From Ruditapes philippinarum (lineage: Eukaryota), in assembly GCF_026571515.1 (NCBI RefSeq), contig NW_026858315.1, positions 62,001 to 126,000 on the forward strand: 64,000 bases of DNA. The letters are read 5' to 3'. Under the pieces are notes generated by a model. That model was not told the origin of the DNA and did not search any database. It was given only the letters and a program-made list of their open reading frames with translations. The position numbers were made by a program, and so were the translations under genes. Positions 1-13,768 of the stretch are shown one piece after another. Numbering within the stretch: the stretch's first letter is position 1; every line of letters begins with the position of its first letter.

Positions 1-1291
1 TGCATTTTCCACGGAGTATTAATCAAAGATATGAATTGTGAGCCATAAATTGGTCATTGTACGGTGGCCAATGTGAACCTAAATGTGCATTAACCTGAGC
101 CAATATGGAAAGTATGAGATAGCCTTGAACATGGCTGTTTTGCCTTCTAAGAGTGCCTTTCAAGCCGTCACACTCTGTGCTAGAGGCTCGTTGTTTCAAT
201 AATTATATGATTGATTCTTGAAACAGTTGTGGGACAGGATGTTTGTGTTATGTAACAAAACACACATGATATTGCACTTAGATACAATGAAATGCTTTGG
301 AACAAAATATAATGCTGCTATATCTAGTATCTAGAACAGTTTTTACCATTTATCGAAGATTATGTCGATGCGGCATTCCCTCTTGCACATTTATATCAGG
401 CAGGTATTTTAGAAGTATTCTTTTTCAAATTCAAACACATTTTTTCAACAGACATATAGCTGTATATTATTTAGTGTATTTAAAAAATTACTGAGTATGT
501 TCCTTATTTTTATTTTAGTAGTCATGTTTGTAACAAGTTGTTTTACGCTTGTTTTACTCGTAACATGCAAGTGTTATATTGAAGTAATTTGTTGTGGCTT
601 TATTTACCCACTTGTACTGATTAATTGAAAAAAAATAATGTCAGAATGATTCTCATACACTAAAATATGACTTGAACTTCAATATATTGTACTATATTTC
701 TAAAGATAATTATAAAGCCACATAATTTGATTTATTTAAAGACACGCCTACAAATGCATGCAATATTAAAGAAAATCGTACAAACCCACTTAAGAAATAA
801 AATGTTTACACACAATTTATGTAAACCTTGCATTTCTATGTCATGTAAACATTTTCTAAAAAGTCTAGTAATACTTGCTGATTTTTAAGCTTTTTCTTGC
901 ATACTCGGCAAATCTATAATTTGTTAAGAACAAACGCAGTAATTATCGTCTTTTAATTAATGTTATATTTTTGATACAAAATTGAAGATATGGAGTTATA
1001 TTCATACGTTCTTTTAAAAGTATATCTGTTAAGTAAAGTGCGTTGATTGCATACAATAAAGTAAGCATAATAACGTTATTGTCATTGATTTTGTTTGTAA
1101 AAAGCTAATTGTAATGTAACAATTAAGCTGGAACAAGATATAATAAAATAACTGCTATAGTTTTTGAACATCAGATATATGTTTTGTTTGAATTCATTGT
1201 AGTAAAATAATGCTTCGGTCAGCACATTTTATAGTACATACCATGTACAATGTGTAATAGATACTTCAGGTTATATAGATTGTAATGCATA

Positions 1292-1445
1292 GGGCTGTGG
1301 TTCTACTAAGATGTTCGCTCGTGCCTGGAACAAAACAATGCATAAATGGGCATCTAGGGGGTTCCTCCACCATTAAAACTATAAAGTTGTCATATGACCT
1401 TTTCAGAGTATGCACGATAAAAAACTCTATACAAACAAACAAGCA
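1292..1445 (+). mobile_element. Diverged SINE fragment (same family as 18352-18520 and 52038-52308)
   Basis: Shares gtggttcta...cctccaccat...catatgacct... and the (aaac)n tail with the two better-preserved copies. Confidence 0.55.
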
Positions 1446-1959
1446 AAGTTTACAGACGATTTAACCAAAATTTAATATTATAATACACATTGTGAAATAG
1501 CATATAGCTTTGATTAATATGGTAAAACAAAAAAAAACTCATAAAGTAAAGATATTCATGGACTTAAGACGACATAAAGTAGCATTATCATGTCGTAAAT
1601 ATTTATTTTGGTACGCTTACAAATTAATTACTTAACAGTTGCTCTGACTTCAAGCTTCGTATATGATTATCATATTTAGGTGTTATATTAATTAGTTATC
1701 ATTTTATGTATGCCCAAGGAAGTTTTCTGAATTAATAATTTACGTGTTGTATTGTGCGACAATCCAACAGTGAATACTCTATATAACTGGTGAAACTGGT
1801 TTATGGTAGACTATTAATTATTAAATACAAATCAATATCAAATACTTGTATATATCTACTAAAAAAAGAATAGCATGTTCCGTTTCGCATATTCGGTAAC
1901 TTTAAGCAGATTGTTTAGATTAGTTTGTTTCCGCAAAAAAGGGACACAGGTGACTTTTA

Positions 1960-4080
1960 AGTGGCAAATGCAGCGCCTTTATTTACCCACTCAAGTTCAA
2001 TGATTGTATTCAAAATGTAAAAACATTCTTAATATGTTCAATGCAATGGCATGTCCTTCAATTTATACTGAAGTGTTTGTAAAGAAATTATTATCAAACG
2101 ACGAAATGAGAAAGAATTTTTTAAAGTACATAATACACCTACAAATTTATTATAAATAAAATAGTGTTGTTCTTTGACTGAATTTTTCTTAAGTAACGGC
2201 ATTTAAACCAATGGATTTTCTTCATGAAAACTTAACTCTTAATTTCTACAATTACAAATTAAATGATCATAAATTGTTCTTTACGTATATGCACATATCT
2301 GTTGCGTAGAAGAAACTATTCAAATAAGCGTTTATAAGTCAACTAATATACATAAAGTCACATTCATAAGATCCCTCGAGTGTCTCGTCTACGATCAGCG
2401 TCGCTGCTTTACATCGGCAAGTTTATATTATTATACAAAACATTGTCTACAAAGTAGTTTAAGCATTGTATTTCTGACAATGTTTAATTGCAATGTGCCT
2501 ATTTCAAAAAAAAGTTCAAGGTCAATTTGAAAAACGAATGAATAAATTGTAATACATTTAACATCTTATTCGTTATTTGCTTGAACGCATAAAGTTTAAA
2601 TGTTTCAATCAGCACATTTTATAGTGCGTACATAAACACTTTACATGCAATTTGTTTAAATTGTCCTTAGATTCTAAACACGATTAAACTGAACAAAGAT
2701 AATCAATGCAAGTGCACCAGTATCAAATTTAGAAATAGTCTTATTATTGTTTTAGGTAAATTCAATATGCCTTTAAATTAAATAGGATTTTCATAAAAAG
2801 AGTATTTCATTATAATAATTATTATTTTTATTATTCGAGTGTTGTTCAAGAAATAACCGGATTTTGTTTGTTTATAGGTTCGATAAATTTTTTGTCGATA
2901 AGTTGTTATATTTCATACAAATTGTTATACTTTTATCACTATGCTTTGTCACTATTTGCAGTCGATGCTATCCGATCACTGTATTTGGCAAAACAACCAA
3001 GTTGATGATCTGATACGTTTTATTACATATCATCGGTTAAGTTATAAAGTTATTATCGTGTTTATCTGACACATTTGTGGCCACAAATTTTGTCAACATG
3101 ATAGATAAATTTAATATGAAACAAAACTATTGATATCTTATTAATATTACGCTATAAATTAAACACAGTCAATGTTTATTTATTCAATTTGTTCTGAAAG
3201 TACTTTGTCTTTTCAAATCTTTATATTTCAATTTGCAATGATATTGTTTAAAGTCATTTGGTAAAATTTCCGTGGATCGACTCGTTTTTATTTTTGTTCA
3301 TTATGTCAGCGATAATCAGGGACCATGATTGAATCTCAAATATTAATTCTAACTCATCGTCTAATATTTTTCATATGTAAAATGATTGTTTTGCTTCGTA
3401 AACATCAATTGCAATATCAATTTCAATAAAAATACACTTCTGTACTAAAATATTTCCGTCCATCATAAATCATTGCATGTATTTATTGCGTCGGAGAAAT
3501 AATTTCGGTTGTAAGAAGTTGTGTTCCACGTTTAATTCTACACTCTTAATTTACTTTAACAAGAGGTTCATAATGGTTGTTGAAGTGACAAATGACAATA
3601 ATCGTTCTATAAAATAACTTCGAAAGTTTGTAAAAAGGTTTGATATTCGGCATTCCTGAAGGTAAACTATAAAGTAAACATGTGTCAACAAAAAATTCCC
3701 TTACATCAAAACTTTCCTTTTCGTTTACATATATTTTGTGACCGTCATCTTGTTTGACCTTTATATTTATTAATTAACTTTATTGATATTAAATACCAGC
3801 AATGCTCATTTGGATCGCATTACACAACAAAGAAACGATTTTCTTCAACGCTTCAACGAGAGCAAACATTACTGAACCCATCAATTAAGTCGTTAAAAAT
3901 CGTTTAACGCCGAATTGACTTGTAGTGATGTCGATAAAAACTTCCAACTTAATTAACTTATGTTGAAAAATGCCATTTAACAGGGACTACCGACGATTAC
4001 GTAGACCTTTGCTGTAACTTTTGTATCAACTAAGCTGTCTTTCCTTATAATGAAACGCTCTTCTTTGTGCCAGGTACCAA
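1960..4080 (+). repeat. Non-coding segmental duplication, copy A (copy B ~4915-6150 and ~9300-10880, split by insertions)
   Basis: Co-linear shared blocks: ccactcaagttcaatga...caatggcatgtccttcaatttatactgaagtgtttg (~1990/~4945), tctgttgcgtagaagaaactatt (~2298/~5265), aggtaaattcaatat (~2754/~6132), atatgtaaaatgattgttt (~3373/~9845), aaacgctcttct (~4053/~10853). Confidence 0.75.
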
Positions 4081-6699
4081 CTCTTGAACTATAATCATGT
4101 GTTGCCAAGTCTGTAAATCTATACATCGAAAAGAAATAAGATTTTTATTTTTTTAGAATAAAAATCAATAAATTTGTGGACTGTATTTAATAATTTAAAT
4201 CTTTAACCTCTTGATTTCCTTCAATCTTGTCTCAGGATTATGTGTTGATTCTTTTCCACTTCTGTGCCGACTCATGGTGAAGGAACACTTGAAGTTTGAG
4301 CAACAGACAGCCAACTTTCCACTCTTTTAAACCTTAACCCCTATAAGGATTTCTTTGAATATGGCTCAAATGTTAAACAATGTGATGTTCGTGTATTAAC
4401 TTTGTATAGTTATTAACCCTTTAAATGCCATCTCATTAAGAATGAATTTTGTCCCCAAGAGTCAAAACTGTTTTTGCAAAGTTTTAATGTTATTACATTT
4501 TAATTATGCTTCAGGAAAAGTGGAATGCATACAGACGATAACTCTTTTGATGAATATATAAGTTTTTTTAGTAAATGCCTTTAAAAAATGTTCACAATGA
4601 AGTTTTATTTTGGGCCTTACCAAAAAGAATTGTTAAATATAGCATTGTAAAACTTCACAGACTGATTGATTTCTCATTTATATCTCATCTAAACTGATTC
4701 CAAACTGATGTTCTGATTTCTTCAGGTTTGAAATGACAAATATCCTACACGGGTATAATAGACAAAGTAAAATGTCAGTCATGATCTGATTTCATAATAA
4801 TTTCCGGGCGTATTTATGTACTTTTGCAAGTCCTCTGTAGCACATAAGTTTAGGATTGTCGTATCTCCTTAAGGTTTGGTTTTATTGTGAACGACTTAAG
4901 AAATATGTGTCTTATAAGTGACAAATGTTGCGCTTTTATTTATCCACTCAAGTTCAATGATTTAATTCAAAATGTAAAAACATTCTTAATATGTTCAATG
5001 CAATGGCATGTCCTTCAATTTATACTGAAGTGTTTGCAAAGAAATTATGACGTTGAAATAAGAACGAATTTTAAAAGTACTTGATCAACCCACAAATTTA
5101 TGACTTATGTAATACTGCTGTTGCTTGCAATGAAATGTTCTCAAAGATCACTTAAACCTATGGATTTATGTCAGGAAATCTTATCTAGTTTATATCTGCA
5201 ATTACAGATTCGATGATCATAAAACCGTTCTATGTCCGGTTTTAAAGAACAGTATATGTACACATCTGTTGCGTAGAAGAAACTATTTGAATAAGCGTTT
5301 TATATGTCATTTAAATTGCATGGATAAATCAACTAAATATACATAAAGTCACAATCATAAGATTCCTCTAGTGTCTTGTCTTCGATCAGCTTCGCTGTTT
5401 AACATCGGCACGTTCATAATATAAGATACGTACACAATATTTCAAGCATTATTCTTCTGACTTTGCTTGAACGATTACATTGTGCCGTTTAATTTGACAA
5501 AAAAGGTACTATTGAATACATCGTTATACATTTAATAAAAACATATACTACGTTATTTGCTTGAATGTATAGTCAGCACATTTTATAGTACGTGCACGAA
5601 CGCTTTACCTGTCATTTGTTTTCATTGACAGTTAATTGAAAAAAAAAGTTTTAAAAATGCAAGTGTTTGTTACATTATTCATTTCATTTATTTTTGAATT
5701 ATTTAAAATGGTTTGATAAAAAGGCAAATCAATTTACATTTATCTAATCATGCAAAATATCATTGAATGATATACTATGCTCCTCTTTGAGTAAAATAAT
5801 TTTATCGCAGAAATAAATTCATTGAAATCTATGAAAATATTACTGAATATGTCTAATTTGAATAAACGAATGTATAAACTATTTATGGGAAGCTCAAGAA
5901 AAAAATGGTCCTTTCTTAAAAAAACTGCCAGTTTTTTCCATCTGGTCCTATTCGTCCCGTCTGGACCTTTTAGCCCCTCTATCAAGTTCTAATAGTATGT
6001 GCTGTATTGTAATTGTTACATTTTGCATTTTGCATATTGTACCACATGGGTCTATGACCTTCTGGAAAAAGATAAATAAACTTGTTAAAAACTTGTTATA
6101 ACACTGACAAATATTCTTAGTTTCATTTTTAAGGTAAATTCAATATTCATGTGAATAAAAAAAGCTTGTGCTTTGACCTCTACACCTCAATTTATTCATA
6201 TATCAAGTTATCTGAAATCGTTCCCTTATGCAGGGACCAGATGGTCACACGAATATGGAATTTGAAATTTCGCACGAAGATGGCCCCGAAATTGGTCGAC
6301 ATCCCCTCAACAGCTGAAGCAAGTACAATTCCTGCAGAAGGTCACGCGATCGCATCCGATCCACGAAGGTCAGGCGATGGCATCAGATCCACACACGAAG
6401 TCACCTCAAAGATGCAAAGTTTTACCAAGTAGTTTACCCACAGGACACGCGAAGGTCACGGGAAAGGCACACGACGTCGTATTTTGAGTACGATGCGTTC
6501 GTACGTGGTTACGAAGGCATCAAGTGACCTCCAGGTGGTATAAAACCTTCGGTCAACCGCGGCAAATTTCAATGGCAGATGATATTGGGAGCTAAACTAA
6601 GTTTAAACTTTATTTTGGATCTTCATATTAATATCAAAAACAATTTTATTCACACAAAAATCTATGGTAAAAGAGATTATTTGATTTTGGTATAGTAAA

Positions 6700-7130
6700 T
6701 TATCCACATTTAGATGGAGGCGAACAGCATGCAACATCTAACGGGGTATATGTATCTCAGTTAATAAGATTCACAAGAGGATTTTAACGAGCAAAATATT
6801 TTCATTACTAGCAAGCTACTCAAACAGGGCTACCGCGTAAATATTTTACAAAATGTTACAATCGTAATTAAATATTGATTTAATAACATTTCTCCGACAA
6901 GGGATTATCCAGCGTGATTTTTAATGGGATGTTATAAACAAACTTCGTATGATCTTGGGTCATTGCTATTCTTCTGTTGTCTTTACTAAAATTATTAAAC
7001 TTTTTATTAAAAGAGGTTATGACCCTACCGCATGCTTAGTGTTCAACACTCTTACAGTTGGACGCTACAGTTTCCTCTTTTGAATACATCTGTCGGACCA
7101 AGTTGGAGACTCAATGATGGAGAGTTCTTA
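6700..7130 (+). mobile_element. Decayed Penelope-like retroelement RT C-terminal fragment
   Basis: Broken translation YPHLDGG..ATSNGVYVSQLIRFTR / DFNEQNIFITSKLLKQGYR resembles the SYGVYISQLIR...KLLxQGY motif of Penelope-like RTs; frameshifted. Confidence 0.5.
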
Positions 7131-7794
7131 AAGTCCTTTGGGACTGAATTGCCTTAATGTTCGTCTTCTGTCTTGCTTCGTTGGGCCCTTGTAGGTGATT
7201 TTCTTGTTGCTCTGTCTTCCTTTAAGACATTGAGTACATTTGTTATGGTCAATGGGTTTTCTTTTATATGTTTCTACATGATCATTTCGGTGTTCACCTT
7301 TTGTTACCATAACAACTGTTAGAAATTCATTTTATTTTCACTGTCTCGTTTATAGGAACATGGTGGGGCTAAGAGTGAGGTTTGGTGCATCATTAACCGG
7401 TTTAAACTCCCCAGCAGTACTTATGCTGCTGACCGTTCCAAGGCGGCGCCCCTCTGTGTTCCTCAAATGTATGTCTTTGTTCTTTCATACTGCTTTGGTG
7501 ACATATTTGTCTGTGTCCCTTATATTCTCGTTTATTGTAAGTATCTCCCCTTTTGCCCCTAGTTTTATTTCTTTTATTCCCCCCTTCCGAATCTCTTACC
7601 CCCTTCCCCTGTGTCCTTGCTTTGTGGGCTTATTAATTAATCATTTATTTGTTTTCTTCATTTCCTTGTCGGTTACTCTTGTTTCTTCTTATGTATCATT
7701 TTATTTATTAGTCTGTCCTTGCTCTGCCTTGTGCTTTGTCCTGTTTTTTGTTTGGGGTCCTCCTTGGCTCCTTGCTTCTAGTTCTTGTGTATAC

Positions 7795-8005
7795 GCCTCC
7801 GTGGTCGAAGGGTTAGAGTCGATGACTTCTAATCCAGTTACTTCTCTGGCGTGGGTTCGATGCCCGGGAGATGCTTTGGTAGTTTAGCGCGGAGAAAGGT
7901 ATTCTAGTACTGGTGTAACTCTCCAGGAGCGATGGTTAGGAAACTACCCGCCTATATGACTGAAATACTGTTGGCAAAAGGCGTAAAATCAAACAAACAA
8001 ACAAA
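7795..8005 (+). mobile_element. tRNA-derived SINE
   Basis: tRNA-like head (gtggtcgaagggttaga; B box gggttcgatgccc) and 3' tail ccgcctatatgactgaaatactgttg...(aaac)n. Confidence 0.65.
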
Positions 8006-8838
8006 TCTAGTTCTTGTTGCTGCGTCTTGTGGGGTTGCATTTATTGAACGCTGCCTTTCATTGTTGATCTTGTTTATCATATTTGATAAAAATTTATCAG
8101 GTCGCCCAAGGAGGGCCTGTAGGAGTTGCTCATCATGTTTTCTAAGGTGTATAAAAATTAGCAGTACTGCTGCCTTCTTTTTCTCGGTTGACTCATTATC
8201 AAAGCATGAAATTCTGCAGGGAATAAACAGAAAATAATTGTAAATTAATTGCAAATAATGGAAGCTTTTTATGTCTCTGTAGAGATGTGCAAGACTGACA
8301 GATGAGGAAGATGGTCTGAGGCTAGGTCTTTATATGTCCACCATGATAAATATGCAACGCTTCCTCTTCTCAATTTGCTTTGTTCTTACTCATCGTAGTC
8401 CCATCTCGATGACATCGTACCAAACCACGATGGCGACACGACGGTATTGCGGGGGTTTCACGTAGTCGTGTACCCTTCTAAAGTCAATCGGGAATTTTCG
8501 TGTTTCCTTCGTATTGTCTTTTTTAGGCGATTACACCGATGATCACACGAAGTCAAGACGAAGGCTACAAGATTTGACAAGATAGCCTCACGACGACCTT
8601 ACGAAGCGCATAATTGGCGAATTCAACACAAAAATGAACCTTCGAAATGTCCTCCGGCAATTTTTTGGCATGCCAAAGATTTTGCGACCGCTCACGAAGT
8701 TGCTGCCGGAGCCTGCAATGGCCATTCGAATGGCCCGATGTTATTACGACCAGAACTGAATTTGAACATTTCCTTATTCGTGTGTCCATCTGATGCCTAA
8801 TTCGGGACAGTGTGACGCCTGCATCACATTACTCCAAG

Positions 8839-9230
8839 GAATAGAAAGAGCATCGACACACGAGGTTATCTGATTTATACGAGGGGCCGTAACCCCCGAG
8901 TATTAATCAGATTGCCGAGTGTTTTGATGTTCTTTCTCTTTTGTGCCATAGTGAAACATAAACACACATTCCCTGTTGTCACAATATGAAACCAAAGAAA
9001 AAAGAAACCAATGAAGGAACATCTGGATATGATATTTCTATCGATTTCCCTTTCTCTGTCGTCTGACACAATAAGTAAACTCCAGCAAAAATGAGCCAAT
9101 CAACTTGAATCAATGCTCTTGAGTGCGGGCAACTAATACCTGCACTCCAGTTAACGCACTGTGCATGTATATGTATACGAAATAACTCTGACACATTTGC
9201 AACAGAAAGGTCCCCAAACTATAACACAAT
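8839..9230 (+). repeat. ~390-bp dispersed repeat, copy 1 (copy 2 ~21333-21703)
   Basis: High identity between copies (gagcatcga.acacgagg.tatctgattt...ccccaaactat); it produces the paralogous spurious ORFs 8875-9194 and 21359-21667. Confidence 0.85.
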
Positions 9231-12195
9231 TAAACATAACATGTTTACAGGTTACTTTAGTAATAGATCATAAATAGATTTTTTTTCCGAGGGAAATTCC
9301 AGAATGAACCGAACTTTGTCCGATAATTTTCTATTCGGGTTTATTAAGTTATCATCAACTGTGTAAGGTTATCTTAAATTCAAAATATTATCATACTTTT
9401 AAATTTGTCACTATTTTTTTTTAGTCGGCGCAATTCGATCACTTTACATTATTATATTTGGCAAACAACTCAGTTGATGATTTGATACGTTTAAGTTAGT
9501 ATCATCGGTTAAGTTATACAGATATAATCGTCTTTCATTTGGCACATTTGTTGCCACAAAATTTATCATCTTTACACGTTATTTAGATGCATGTATGGAA
9601 CAGAGCAGTTGATGTCTTATTGACATTATGTTGTGAAATAAACAAGTCATTGATTGATAAATAAAATACTCTGTGTGTATGTTGTTTTTTAAAATGTTTA
9701 GATTTCGTTGCACAATGCTATTGTAAAATAAATTTGGTAAAATTTCACTGTTAGTTTTATAGTTACTGTAGTGGATAGACTCATGTCCGGAATTAGGAGG
9801 GACCTGGAAAGATCTATGTTCTTAGTCACTATCCTATAATTTTTATATGTAAAATGATTGTTTCGCATCGCAAACAACCAGTGCAAAATGAATTTATCTA
9901 AAAAATACATTTATGTACATTAGAATTCTGAAATAGTTTTTCCTGTTCATTTTAATTCGTTGCGAGTATTTTTTTCTCCTTATTATATAAACGTTTTGTC
10001 AAAGAAACATCTTTATGTTTTATATTTTCATTTTGGTCGTAAATAGTAAGTACTTCACTTGCTCTTTTATATTTCTAATCTACTTTGATAAGTGGTTTGT
10101 AGTTTAAAAAGTTTGAAGAAGGTTGTTTGCAATAATTTATGACAATAATCGTACCATTAAGTATCATTGAAAGTTTATAAAAGGGTTGAGCACCATATTT
10201 GTGAACCCTGCGAGGTAAACTTTCGAGATCTGCACGAAAGCAAGTAAATTTGCGTCAGCAAAAATCACTTACACTATTTCTTTTCTCACATTTACATGTA
10301 TTTTATGACCCTCACGCTGTTTGGCCTAAATATTTATTGATTTTATTGATTTTTAATACGATCACATTACAGCAAAGAAATGTTTTCCTTTAAGAAGCTC
10401 ATTATTGAACGTATTAATTAAATCATGAACCGTCGTTTTACGTCCGTAATGACTAGTAGTGCTTTTCATTAAAGTAAAAGTAATTGATTAACATTTAAAA
10501 AAATAATACCTATAACGCAATCGAGTGATTTGTTTATAAAGCTAAATGAAAAAATTATGTCCGAGTCTTTTACAGTCATATTGGTTATTGTGCTGTAAAA
10601 ACACATTTGATGTAATGATATATTGATCTTTGGTAATAAATCAATCAATCAAATCACCAAGTGACATAAAACACTTATACATACTTCAATGTATTTGATA
10701 TAATATGGGACTCTTTGAAAGTGGTCACGTCTTGACAAATATGACCTTATTAACACATTGAACCGGTATTAAATTGTGTCGTTAACTTATTTCACAAAAG
10801 CAAATGTGTTCATGACAGAGAAAAACACAATTTTACTGTTCTTTCTAATATAAAACGCTCTTCTATCGGCTTGTTACAATTACTTATTTATTAAATGGCA
10901 GATTTTTTATGTAGTAACTTTCCCAAATGTCTTAATCATTACCAGATTGCTTCAGAAATGACCTCTAGTTCCTTTAGCTACATTTTCATAATAGAAAACG
11001 TTACTTGTATACAGAAAATATATTTGTATCGTTCGAATCAGCTTCCGTTACAGCGGCTCGAAATATATCACTTCTATATTAATGTTATAAACGTGTCCGA
11101 ACTAATACAAATTACGCTGTTGCGAAGAAAAAAAAACATAACATTCAAATATCCCGCCTTCATTTCATGATCGATTAAACAGTGTATATTGAACTTAAAC
11201 AATATAAATAAACTCGTGTGTTTGTGTCTGTACAGATAATAGGTGTTGTTTGATCTTTTTATTAAATCTGCCATTATGTTGATACTATATTATATCTGTT
11301 GACAATATTAGTATTATTAAGATATATACGTGTTTAGTCTGCAAGTTTTTATTGTAGTAATTACGTACGAATGACTGTATAGATACCATTGTATATTCAA
11401 TTAAATTTGAACCAATTGAGATATCGATTATATTGTATATCATACTGGAGTGTATAAAGGAGCGGATTGAGTCAGCATAGTGTCATACTGATATTTAAAT
11501 TTATTATCGAACTTTAGTGCGTCGAACACTGTAATGATTAAAGTGCTCTGTTTGACTTTAAACAAACACTTTATGTATAAATTTCTTATTAGGATCTAAA
11601 CTATTGAGTATTCGTAGCATTAGCTAAATTTGTTCGATACATTTTTTTTCTTCTGAAAGTTAATGTGAAAGGGAAAGGGTCTTTTAAGCGAGCAAATTGA
11701 CTGGAATTATGATATATGGTTCCTTGGATTTACTTTAAAACATCACAGTCCTCTCGAGAAGAAGGTAAAACTTTGTTATGTTTATTTTTAGAAACAGACT
11801 GCAAGATTGTTTAGATAATTGAATTGTTAACCTTTTGTACCTAAAGACTTCTATAAATATAACCATGCTACCTGTTTACTATAGACAAACAGACAGACAA
11901 ACAGAACATGTTTTTGACGTAATCAGTATAGTTTTTGTCATACAATTTACATATATGCATTTATAATTGTCAACTGATCAAATAAAGTTCAAACAATAAA
12001 TACATTTTTTTTCCACATAAATAAATAAATAGATTTCCTATCACTTTCATTGATCTCATTTGATAAATCAATTTTTTTTTATTTTATTGCTTCCGTGTTA
12101 AAAATCTGTTATATCAATAAATTAATCCCGCTTTTCTAAAATAGAAAATATAATAAGTAAATAAAAGAAAGTTTGGTATGCAAGTTATTTAATTA

Positions 12196-12339
12196 NNNNN
12201 NNNNNNNNNNNNNNNNNNNNNNNNNNNNNNNNNNNNNNNNNNNNNNNNNNNNNNNNNNNNNNNNNNNNNNNNNNNNNNNNNNNNNNNNNNNNNNNNNNNN
12301 NNNNNNNNNNNNNNNNNNNNNNNNNNNNNNNNNNNNNNN
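12196..12339. other. Assembly gap (144 N)
   Basis: Run of N. Confidence 0.99.
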
Positions 12340-12360
12340 ATGTTATTTTTTATATTTTAG

Positions 12361-13768
12361 ATGGATTTAATTGAAGCAAACTCTACCCCTGATTACGCAC
12401 TTCAGTGTATTAAATGGTGTATAGAACACGGTGACCTTGCTGCACTGACGGAACATTTAAGACACCATCATAGTAAAGTGAAACATGAAATTATTCCATT
12501 GTTATTTCAAGCTTTCTCAAACCAGCAGGTAGAAGTTGTTAAAATTCTGCTCCCCTCGCTAGATCAAGAAATATTGACACTATCAAGTTTAAATAGAGGA
12601 GCACTTTTGAACAAACTACTTTGTAGTGCTGTTGAAACTGGAGATGTTGACATTGTAAAAGACTTGATAAACAAAGGTGCTGATTTAGATTGTAATTTTC
12701 ACGGCAAACCTATATTACACATCGCCGCTTGTTACGGCTATACGGACATTGTTACAGTTTTAGTGGATGCAGGCAGCAAAATAGACAGTCGAGACAGATT
12801 TGGTGATGGTATAATACATTCCATTCTCACCTCACAGTCTTTATCGAAGGTAAATAAACGTTTTAACGAAGAAGAAAACTATAAGTTTCTTTTATAATGT
12901 TACATGAATCTTTTAGCTAAGAATAAAATATAGACTCTATTTTGTCTCATAGTTATTTACAAATATATCATGTACAAGAAAAAATGGGAAAAAGATGGAT
13001 CTGTGTTTAAAATGATTTCGTATACATGTTCCATATTTTCCCCACGACTCTATACACTACTTTAGAATTATCATTTTGTACATATCCATTAGGAGCATAC
13101 TCAATTAACTGGTGTGTTAACATGTAATATTAAATGTTACTGTCATTACTGATTTGCTCGGCATTTTTCAGGGTACCGTTGTTCGGCTTCTAATCAAACT
13201 TGGTGCTAGCCCACTTGTCAAATCATCTTCTGGAAAACTACCCATTCATATTGCTGCCAAGAATGCGCCAGATGTTCTTAACGAATTTATCCAAGAGGGA
13301 GCTAATGTTAACATAGTTGATGACGTCAATAGAGAAACGCCATTACATATCGCATGTGGCGCCGCCTGTCGGGAAACTATTTTGACTCTTATACAATCTG
13401 GAAGTACCGTTAACATAACAAACAGACACGGACAAACACCATTAGCAAAACTTTTAAAGTTCATAAACAATGACCTTGACTTCCATACAAAAACCCGACT
13501 TGACATAGCAAGAACGCTGATTTCTCTGGGTTTTCGTATGAATTGTCAAACGTCATGTACACAATATTCTAGAGGTCGAGATAAAGGATATGACAAATAT
13601 AAGTCACTCAAGTTATCACTTAAATCACCTTCTAGTCTCCAAAATCTATCTAGGATTGCAGTGAGGGGTTCGTTTAAGTTCGATTCAGACATTGTGAAAG
13701 ACATTTGTCAACTCGATATACCTGTCAATCTGAAATCATATTTATTGTTTAATGATGTAAATTTGTAG
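12361..13768 (+). CDS. Ankyrin repeat and SOCS box protein (ASB family), ~361 aa; exons 12361-12849 and 13172-13768
   Basis: Ankyrin motifs (GKPILHIAACYG, GKLPIHIAA, RETPLHIAC, GQTPL) and a C-terminal SOCS box PSSLQNLSRIAVR...LDIPVNLKSYL. Phase-0 intron AAG|GTAAAT ... TTTTTCAG|GGT. An acceptor directly precedes the ATG, implying an upstream exon. Confidence 0.88.

Larger units (their letters stand above)
6228..8824. mobile_element. Old composite DNA transposon with degenerate terminal inverted repeats and nested retroelements
   Basis: Left atgcagggaccagatggtcacacgaatatggaa matches the reverse complement of right ttccttattcgtgtgtccatctg...cctgcat; both subterminal regions are GC-richer and cacgaag-rich. 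Superfamily not assignable. Confidence 0.5.

Noticed and set aside
7360-7887. 175-aa hydrophobic ORF
   Set aside because: T-rich low-complexity repeat sequence running into a SINE; no coding signature.
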